Source: a virus. From it: 64,000 nt of DNA. Positions 58,262-64,000 of this stretch are shown here, one piece after another. Below the pieces are notes generated by a model, which worked only from the letters and a program-made list of their open reading frames with translations, did not search any database and was not told the DNA's origin. The stretch is from the IMG/VR virus record IMGVR_UViG_3300042914_002215; one strand, given 5' to 3'. Made by a program: the position numbers and the translations under genes. The stretch's first letter is position 1. Every line of letters begins with the position of its first letter.

Positions 58262-58677
58262 CATGGTATTACAATGGTGTGCCGTTTGAAGATGACGGCA
58301 CACATTTGGGTTTTGTGTATCTAATAGAAAATCTTATCACAGGAAGAAAATATATTGGACGCAAATACTTTAGCAAAGCTGGTTACAAGCAAGTCAACGG
58401 CAAAAGAAAAAAGATCAGAAAGCCTTCCGATTGGGAAACGTATTACGGTTCCAACGACACACTCAAAAGAGAAGTTGCCGAAATAGGCGCACATAACTAC
58501 AGACGCACAATATTATATTTGTGCAAGTCTAAGTCGGAATGTGCTTATTGGGAAACTTACGAAATCCTTACACGCCACGCCTTGTTGGATGAGGTATATT
58601 ATAATGATTGGGTCACGGCAAAGATACGCAAAGATCACCTAAAAAATATTGCACTGCATCATAAAAATACTATATAA
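58258..58677 (+). CDS. GIY-YIG family nuclease (Seg-like)
   Basis: GFVYLI…KYIGRK…YYGS…E…YYN motifs. Confidence 0.8.
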   Translation: MTWYYNGVPFEDDGTHLGFVYLIENLITGRKYIGRKYFSKAGYKQVNGKRKKIRKPSDWETYYGSNDTLKREVAEIGAHNYRRTILYLCKSKSECAYWETYEILTRHALLDEVYYNDWVTAKIRKDHLKNIALHHKNTI

Positions 58678-58678
58678 T
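58646..58678 (+). promoter_or_regulatory. Promoter with an overlapping TGC-rich dyad
   Basis: TTGCAC-N18-TATAAT; ATATTGCACTGCATCAT dyad overlapping the -35. Confidence 0.45.
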
Positions 58679-58698
58679 AGTATACAAGGAGGTGCAGT

Positions 58699-58845
58699 AT
58701 GTTTAGACGAATTATTGAGTGGCTTACACAGCCTCAATTATCGGAACTTGAGCAATACGTCAGTTCAAGACAGCCGAAAAATGCAGCAGACGTAGAACAG
58801 CTTATCAAAGAGTTCAACCAAAAAAGGAGATTACAATGTTTTTGA
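58699..58845 (+). CDS. Small protein resembling DUF3563
   Basis: AGGAGG RBS; MFRRIIEWL…ELEQYV…AADVEQLIKEF (48 aa, read manually). Confidence 0.5.
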   Translation: MFRRIIEWLTQPQLSELEQYVSSRQPKNAADVEQLIKEFNQKRRLQCF

Positions 58846-59084
58846 ATCAACCACAATTCCCATCATTTTATACATGGAATGACATTCAGCGTAAATCTGA
58901 GGATGTCGCAATTAGAACAATTGATCTCAACAAGTGTGTAATTGATCACGTTCTTACCTATTTTGATGACATTACAGGAAAGCATTTTGCTACATATACA
59001 GAGAAGGCAGTAAATCTCAATAACAACGTAGCGGAAGATGCAAAGAAAATCATCAAATCAGAAAGTAAAAAATCTAAGGCTTGA
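58836..59084 (+). CDS. Hypothetical helical protein
   Basis: AGGAG RBS. Confidence 0.55.
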   Translation: MFLNQPQFPSFYTWNDIQRKSEDVAIRTIDLNKCVIDHVLTYFDDITGKHFATYTEKAVNLNNNVAEDAKKIIKSESKKSKA

Positions 59085-59298
59085 GATAGAAGGTAAAACC
59101 AAGTTTTGGCAACCAGTGGTCAGGAATGGATGGTGGATCAAGTTCTCCGTCTATCGTGACCACTTTATTTTATTGACGATTATTTCACGTTACACAGGTC
59201 AAACAGTCATTCGTTATTACACCAGTGAAGAAGAAGCCGTAGCATACATCAATTTCATTACAACCTGCAACGCACAAGACATAGTTCAATCAGCATAG
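59038..59298 (+). CDS. Hypothetical protein
   Basis: ORF filling the gap before gmhA. Confidence 0.5.
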   Translation: MQRKSSNQKVKNLRLEIEGKTKFWQPVVRNGWWIKFSVYRDHFILLTIISRYTGQTVIRYYTSEEEAVAYINFITTCNAQDIVQSA

Positions 59299-59305
59299 GT
59301 ACATT

Positions 59306-59923
59306 ATGAACATTATTGATTCTTTGAAACAGACCAAATCGGTCATTGATACTCTGTTGGAACAAAAAACAATAGAGTTTGCATCAGCAACAATACCTTC
59401 ACCACTCAATGAATTAGAAATGGCTGCACAAGAATGTGTAGACGCATTGAAACGTGGCAACAAAATCTTTTTCATGGGTAATGGTGGTTCAGCAGCAGAG
59501 GCACAACATCTGGCTGGTGAATTAGTATCATACTTCATGACACAAAGTGATCCATATGCTGCAATAGCATTGAACACTGATACTTCTGTTATCACTGCAA
59601 TTTCAAATGATTTAGGTTACAAACATATATTCTCACGCCAACTACAGGCACTATCAAAACCAGGTGATGTAGCAATCTATTTGTCCACATCAGGCACATC
59701 AGAGAATATACTTGAAGCAATGAAATATGGTAAAATAAGTGGACTAATCAACGTTGCATTTACTGGACTGAAAACCAGATACATGCAAGATTATGCCAAT
59801 TATTATATCGCAGCACCATCAACATCCACACCACGCATACAAGAAGCACATTTGATTTTAGGTCATTGGCTATGCGAATACATAGAAAAGAAACTACAGC
59901 CTAACGTCAAAGACGACTTCTAA
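59306..59923 (+). CDS. gmhA: Phosphoheptose (sedoheptulose-7-P) isomerase
   Basis: GNGGSAAEAQH-x-AGEL, TAISND, FSRQ, STSG-x-S-x-N and IQEAH motifs. Confidence 0.92.
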   Translation: MNIIDSLKQTKSVIDTLLEQKTIEFASATIPSPLNELEMAAQECVDALKRGNKIFFMGNGGSAAEAQHLAGELVSYFMTQSDPYAAIALNTDTSVITAISNDLGYKHIFSRQLQALSKPGDVAIYLSTSGTSENILEAMKYGKISGLINVAFTGLKTRYMQDYANYYIAAPSTSTPRIQEAHLILGHWLCEYIEKKLQPNVKDDF

Positions 59924-59926
59924 TGT

Positions 59927-60241
59927 ATGCCGATTCAAAAAACTTGTCCTAGATGTGGCACCACACATACCAAGCGTGGAGAATATTGTTCACGTTCTTG
60001 TGGTAATGTGCGTGTACATACCGAAGAAGATAAAAAAGTTCGCAGACAAAAACTAATTGAGTATCATCAAACACCAGAGGGTGCAGCAACAAGGGCTAAA
60101 TCATCCCGCATATCTACAGCAATGCGTAAAGGTGAAGAGTGGGAAAATATTGAAGCAGATGAATATGCGGTAGGCATACCTGATGTTACCGATTATGTGG
60201 CTGAGTATGATATCACATGGTCACGTGCAGAAAAATGGTAG
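59927..60241 (+). CDS. Zinc-finger hypothetical protein
   Basis: CPRC…YCSRSC. Confidence 0.65.
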   Translation: MPIQKTCPRCGTTHTKRGEYCSRSCGNVRVHTEEDKKVRRQKLIEYHQTPEGAATRAKSSRISTAMRKGEEWENIEADEYAVGIPDVTDYVAEYDITWSRAEKW

Positions 60242-60270
60242 TTGACAATTATTTCATTCAATAGTATAAT
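60242..60270 (+). promoter_or_regulatory. sigma70-type promoter
   Basis: TTGACA-N17-TATAAT. Confidence 0.8.
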
Positions 60271-60277
60271 CTTATAC

Positions 60278-60448
60278 ATGGCAGAGATATATACATTTAT
60301 ACCGAAACAAAAGCCTCAAGTGGATAACACAGAGTTAGACCGCTTGAGGGCAAAGTTATTGGAAATACATGAAGCCAGAGATGCACTTAACAGAGAGATA
60401 AGATTTATCAAAGATGCAATCAATTTACTTGAAAAAGGCGAACAATGA
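60278..60448 (+). CDS. Small coiled-coil hypothetical protein
   Basis: ATG 7 nt after the -10 box. Confidence 0.55.
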   Translation: MAEIYTFIPKQKPQVDNTELDRLRAKLLEIHEARDALNREIRFIKDAINLLEKGEQ

Positions 60449-60690
60449 CCGAAGATGACAGTGACTTTGACCATATTGATGATGTTAGCGTAATTGACAA
60501 GATTGACGTTTTGCTAACACTCATTGAAAATGGGCCAGATAACACAAGAACTAGGTATAGGGCATTAGCCGATGTTTTGAGTGAGGCAAAATTTCAGTTA
60601 TTACATGCATGGAATGAAGCACAATATTATTTGGAACTCTGTGAAGGGTACGAAAAAACAATCAAACAAATAGGCGATGAATTGAAGTAA
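60445..60690 (+). CDS. Hypothetical protein
   Basis: Coupled ORF. Confidence 0.6.
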   Translation: MTEDDSDFDHIDDVSVIDKIDVLLTLIENGPDNTRTRYRALADVLSEAKFQLLHAWNEAQYYLELCEGYEKTIKQIGDELK

Positions 60691-60714
60691 TGATTTGTCG
60701 CCAAGGAGACGGCG

Positions 60715-60807
60715 ATGAATCAAATGTACAAAGAACTTCTAATTTATATCGTACTATTACTCACAACTATGGCTCTGCCATATCTTTTTACAGCAATACT
60801 TAAATGA
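60715..60807 (+). CDS. 30-aa single-TM peptide
   Basis: AAGGAG RBS; MNQMYKELLIYIVLLLTTMALPYLFTAILK; its stop overlaps the next start. Confidence 0.5.
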   Translation: MNQMYKELLIYIVLLLTTMALPYLFTAILK

Positions 60808-61670
60808 ACAAACATTTCACACTTACAGAGTGGGTTGTACTATTTTCTTTATTGGTATTTTTGGTATTCAAATCAGCAGATGCAAAGCCACGCACAGAGA
60901 AAAGAAAAGCAGTTGAAACATATGGCACATTATCGATTATGGTAACAAATGTGACAGAGAATTCTATGATTCGTGGTCAGAATATAGATCAAGTTCGTGC
61001 ATTGGCTAGTATGACAAAGCTAATGACTGCAATGGTGGCACTAGATCACAATATGGACATGCACCGTAAATTGTATTTGAGTTCAAAAGCGGGCAGTCGT
61101 ATGCCCAAACGTGAATATACACGTGGTGAATTGTTTCATATGTTATTGATAAAGAGTGATAATGCAGCAGCAGAAACACTTGCAGCAGATTATCCTGGTG
61201 GTCGTGAAAAATTTATCCGTGATATGAATATTCGTGCAGAGATGATGGGCATGTTCAGCACACACTTTGATGATCCATCTGGCTTGAGTTCTGGTAATGT
61301 TAGCACCGCATCTGATGTAACACAAATGTTAATTGCATCTGCATATTATCCAGACATTCGTGAGATATCAACCAAGAAAAGTGCAGCAATTTTGACACAG
61401 GTCAAACGCAAAAATAGAATTGTTGTTCTACATAATACGAACACTGCCATTTTGTCACAGATTGATGGTGTTCAGGTAAGTAAGACGGGCTTTACCAACC
61501 CAGCAGGATTTTGTGTTGCCATATTGGTAGAGAAGAGTAAAGGTGATAATGTATATTATGAGGCAATTGTCGTTATGGGCGCACGAAATCCTGCACAAAG
61601 AGTTGACACTGTAAAAAGAGTAGTGTATAATGATATCAAAGGAGATTATTATGAGCCAAGCCGAATTTGA
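60804..61670 (+). CDS. Peptidase S11 penicillin-binding protein (PBP7/DacA-like D-Ala-D-Ala peptidase)
   Basis: Signal/TM segment; ASMTKLM (SxxK), SDN (SxN) and KTG motifs. Confidence 0.88.
   Translation: MNKHFTLTEWVVLFSLLVFLVFKSADAKPRTEKRKAVETYGTLSIMVTNVTENSMIRGQNIDQVRALASMTKLMTAMVALDHNMDMHRKLYLSSKAGSRMPKREYTRGELFHMLLIKSDNAAAETLAADYPGGREKFIRDMNIRAEMMGMFSTHFDDPSGLSSGNVSTASDVTQMLIASAYYPDIREISTKKSAAILTQVKRKNRIVVLHNTNTAILSQIDGVQVSKTGFTNPAGFCVAILVEKSKGDNVYYEAIVVMGARNPAQRVDTVKRVVYNDIKGDYYEPSRI
61603..61631 (+). promoter_or_regulatory. sigma70-type promoter inside the 3' end of the PBP gene
   Basis: TTGACA-N17-TATAAT, followed by AAGGAG and the ATG at 61651. Confidence 0.75.
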
Positions 61671-61866
61671 TATTGTTATGAATCGCATCAAAAATCTTAC
61701 CGAGTATGAAGTTCAAGTATTCATACCAGAGGGTTTTGAGTTTGACGGACCAGTGCCTTATGATATGAGTATATCAGGTGATACTGCATGGGTAAAAGTA
61801 ATTGCTGCATCACTAGAGGAAGCAAAGAATAAAGCATATGACTTCTTCGAAAGCAAATACAAGTAA
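61651..61866 (+). CDS. Hypothetical protein
   Basis: Own promoter and RBS. Confidence 0.65.
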   Translation: MSQAEFDIVMNRIKNLTEYEVQVFIPEGFEFDGPVPYDMSISGDTAWVKVIAASLEEAKNKAYDFFESKYK

Positions 61867-62020
61867 ACCCTGGCTAGCGCCAGAATATGATGTACCAGTG
61901 CTAGATAATGAAGAAATGTGGTCCCAACGTGTGATTGACCAAGCAGCAGCATATTTGTGGTTAGATATTGATAGGGAAGAAAATGAAAGAAAAGAACAAC
62001 ACAATCAAGATACTACCTGA
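61838..62020 (+). CDS. Hypothetical protein
   Basis: Short ORF overlapping both neighbours. Confidence 0.4.
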   Translation: MTSSKANTSKPWLAPEYDVPVLDNEEMWSQRVIDQAAAYLWLDIDREENERKEQHNQDTT

Positions 62021-62693
62021 GCCAAATATCAGTGGTATATTTCCAACACCAGTATTATTTGCAAAGTTTCACCGTGATTGGACAAAAGAAGAAAAAAAAT
62101 ATTTCGATGAAGTTGCAAAATCAACGACACAAAATACTGGCAATCTGACGAGTGCCAATCGTTACGTACTTGATGATCCTGTGATGAAAGATATCCGTGA
62201 TCACTATCAATTTTATGTAAATTATTACATGGAAAAAGTGTGTGCACCAAAGTATGACGTTGAAGCATATATTACACAATCATGGATGAACTACACGAAA
62301 ACTGGCCAGTATCATCACAAACATGCACATCCAAACAGTTGGATATCAGGTTGCATTTACATAAGCACTGATCGTGAAAAAGATCGTATTACATTTTATA
62401 ATGACAAATACAATCGTATAGATTTGCCTACAGAAAATTATAATCCATTCAATTCATCATCATGGTGGTTTTCTGTTGGCACCGGTGATATCGTTATTTT
62501 TCCATCATATTTGACGCATAGCGTAGAACAAACAACAAGTACCGATACAAGGGTAAGTATTGCTATCAATACATTCTTGAAGGGATATATTGGTGATGAA
62601 CATAGTTTGACTGGCTTGCATTTACAAGGTCAAGATGAATCTGCGCCACAGCGTACAGAGCCAAGACCTGAATATGCACCAAATGATTACTAA
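61983..62693 (+). CDS. 2OG-Fe(II) oxygenase-like protein (TIGR02466 type)
   Basis: IFPTP, SWMN, H-x-H-x-HPNS-x-ISG-x-x-Y, FPSYL-x-HSV and RVSIA-x-N motifs. Confidence 0.85.
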   Translation: MKEKNNTIKILPEPNISGIFPTPVLFAKFHRDWTKEEKKYFDEVAKSTTQNTGNLTSANRYVLDDPVMKDIRDHYQFYVNYYMEKVCAPKYDVEAYITQSWMNYTKTGQYHHKHAHPNSWISGCIYISTDREKDRITFYNDKYNRIDLPTENYNPFNSSSWWFSVGTGDIVIFPSYLTHSVEQTTSTDTRVSIAINTFLKGYIGDEHSLTGLHLQGQDESAPQRTEPRPEYAPNDY

Positions 62694-62777
62694 GCGGGTG
62701 TGGTGGAATGGTATACACACAAGACTTAAAATCTTGCGCCGAAAGGATTGAGGGTTCAAGTCCCTCCGCCCGTACCA
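62694..62777 (+). tRNA. tRNA-Leu(TAA)
   Basis: GCGGGTG/CGCCCGT acceptor stem, CAAGA-CTTAAAA-TCTTG anticodon arm, long variable arm, TTCAA T-loop, CCA. Confidence 0.92.
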
Positions 62778-62783
62778 ACAATG

Positions 62784-62860
62784 GGGCCGGAAGCATTTTT
62801 GGTATATGCGTCCGACTCATAATCGGGGGATAGAGAGTTCGAATCTCTCCCGGCCCACCA
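62784..62860 (+). tRNA. tRNA with CAT anticodon (elongator Met or Ile2)
   Basis: GGGCCGG/CCGGCCC acceptor stem, TCCGA-CTCATAA-TCGGG anticodon arm, GTTCGAA, CCA. Confidence 0.88.
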
Positions 62861-62864
62861 ACAA

Positions 62865-62939
62865 CTGGCGTTAGTTCAATGGATAGAACAGTAGCCTTCT
62901 AAGCTATAAATGTAGGTTCGATTCCTACACGCCGGGCCA
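62865..62939 (+). tRNA. tRNA-Arg(TCT)
   Basis: CTGGCGT/ACGCCGG acceptor stem, GTAGC-CTTCTAA-GCTAT anticodon arm, GTTCGAT, CCA. Confidence 0.92.
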
Positions 62940-62958
62940 ATTTTATTATGGAGCAATT

Positions 62959-63369
62959 ATGGACATAACTGTTAAAGTGCCACAAGGCACACAATCTGTA
63001 TCAATTAATAATATTAAAGGTGGTAGTGGTGGTACATTTGCTGCACCTGCTGTTGGATCAATAACCACACATGTAATGATGCCCAGCATCAATGCAAAAG
63101 AATATGCCATTCAAGGGCAAATGCTGGCAGTTGAAAAAATATTGGACAGTTATGAATTAGAACGAACAGGTCTATCAGCAAATATCAAAAACTTTGAAGA
63201 TGAAATAAAAAAAGATTTGATACAGGAAATGGTGCGTGAAATAGTAAAGAGAAATTGTATAGAATTCACCTCACAAAAAGACCTGATGACCAATAGTGTT
63301 GTCTATCGTGCAAGAATCTTTGTAACCCCCGATACACAGACCAGAATCATCAGACAGGTGCAAAAATGA
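62959..63369 (+). CDS. Hypothetical protein
   Basis: GGAG RBS; 136 aa. Confidence 0.65.
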   Translation: MDITVKVPQGTQSVSINNIKGGSGGTFAAPAVGSITTHVMMPSINAKEYAIQGQMLAVEKILDSYELERTGLSANIKNFEDEIKKDLIQEMVREIVKRNCIEFTSQKDLMTNSVVYRARIFVTPDTQTRIIRQVQK

Positions 63370-63431
63370 CAACAAAAGTTGCTAAAAAGAAATCACTTTG
63401 GCGAAAAAGGCAGTCTCCTAGCCGATAATAC

Positions 63432-63460
63432 TTGACAATCTTACCGTCCTCTGTTACTAT
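63432..63460 (+). promoter_or_regulatory. sigma70-type early promoter
   Basis: TTGACA-N17-TACTAT; spacer ends in CTCTGT like the promoter at 6781. Confidence 0.7.
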
Positions 63461-63489
63461 GACAATGTGATGAGAAAGAAAGGTAAGAA

Positions 63490-63759
63490 ATGAGTAAGAT
63501 TGTCAAAATTGATATAACAGAAGCATGTGGCTGGATCGGTATGGTGTTGATTCATGCTGCGACATTACCAACAAGTCTTGGTGTGATCCTAGGGTACAGT
63601 GATAGACTTCCGCCACTGAGCATGGTGTTGATGGTATGGAGTGGATTGTTTCTGTTTCTAATTCGTGCATTGGGTAGAAACGATAAGTTATACATAATCA
63701 GTAACGCCGTCGGTTTCTTCTTCAATAGTGTATTGTTGGCATTGATTGTTTTCAAATAA
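63490..63759 (+). CDS. Small three-TM membrane protein (PQ-loop/SemiSWEET-like)
   Basis: GWIG…P…LYIISN; three hydrophobic helices. Confidence 0.55.
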   Translation: MSKIVKIDITEACGWIGMVLIHAATLPTSLGVILGYSDRLPPLSMVLMVWSGLFLFLIRALGRNDKLYIISNAVGFFFNSVLLALIVFK

Positions 63760-63770
63760 TGGAGAATGTG

Positions 63771-63965
63771 ATGAGTTATTATGGTATGTTTACAGAAAAT
63801 GGTAATCATGTAATTGGTGCGATTGTATCTGTGGCAAAAGATTACAACTATACTTGGGAATGTGTAAGTGAGATACTTACCAAAATTTCAGAGATAGAGG
63901 GCTTTGAAGAGGCGACCGATACTGCGGTTCGTGAATATGTTTATGAAGCTATGGAGGGTGTGTGA
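63771..63965 (+). CDS. Hypothetical protein
   Basis: GGAG RBS; YGMFT-x-x-GN…EATDTAVRE pattern. Confidence 0.6.
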   Translation: MSYYGMFTENGNHVIGAIVSVAKDYNYTWECVSEILTKISEIEGFEEATDTAVREYVYEAMEGV

Positions 63966-64000
63966 TGAGAGCAGATGAAATGCGTATGTTTGGTATGCCG

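Noticed and set aside
1-64000. The many short minus-strand and alternative-frame ORFs in the ORF track
   Set aside because: They lie antisense to or inside well-supported plus-strand genes and have no RBS or recognisable motifs; treated as shadow ORFs
1-64000. CRISPR array, integrase or IS element
   Set aside because: No regularly spaced direct repeats, recombinase motifs or transposase motifs were seen

Overview
A 64-kb segment of a large, AT-rich T4-like (Tevenvirinae-related) myovirus genome, read with the standard genetic code; essentially all genes are on the + strand. It carries the T4 core replication and transcription genes (gp55, gp47/46, gp45, gp44/62, regA, gp43, uvsX, gp41, gp61), nucleotide metabolism genes (dCMP deaminase, thyX, nrdA/B, thioredoxin), a lysis cassette (two-component spanin, GH19 endolysin, holin candidates) and three tRNAs. 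Host-like auxiliary genes (def, hsp20, erpA, pstS plus an OprO/P porin, gmhA, a PBP7/DacA-type peptidase) suggest a Gram-negative, probably betaproteobacterial aquatic host (inference). The most striking element is a compact 7-gene island at 28.6-35.0 kb built around a sedoheptulose-7-phosphate cyclase with EEVS-type (2-epi-5-epi-valiolone synthase) motifs. It is flanked by a kinase, an NTP-transferase, an SDR, an O-methyltransferase and glycosyltransferase-like genes, and is a candidate phage pathway for making and transferring an NDP-activated C7-cyclitol (pseudosugar). Other notable items: proteins with T4-type capsid-targeting N-termini (a ligase-like protein and an NTase-kinase fusion), a neighbouring modular polyprotein with an embedded HicA domain, a TAGT/GREB1-type glycosyltransferase plus methyltransferase cassette, an R-M-like pair between gp44 and gp62, and several RNA-level regulatory structures (a ROSE-like thermometer before hsp20, a 5' pseudoknot, terminator/promoter fusions, and three late-promoter/RBS-hairpin switches). 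All calls come from motif reading by eye; no database searches were run.
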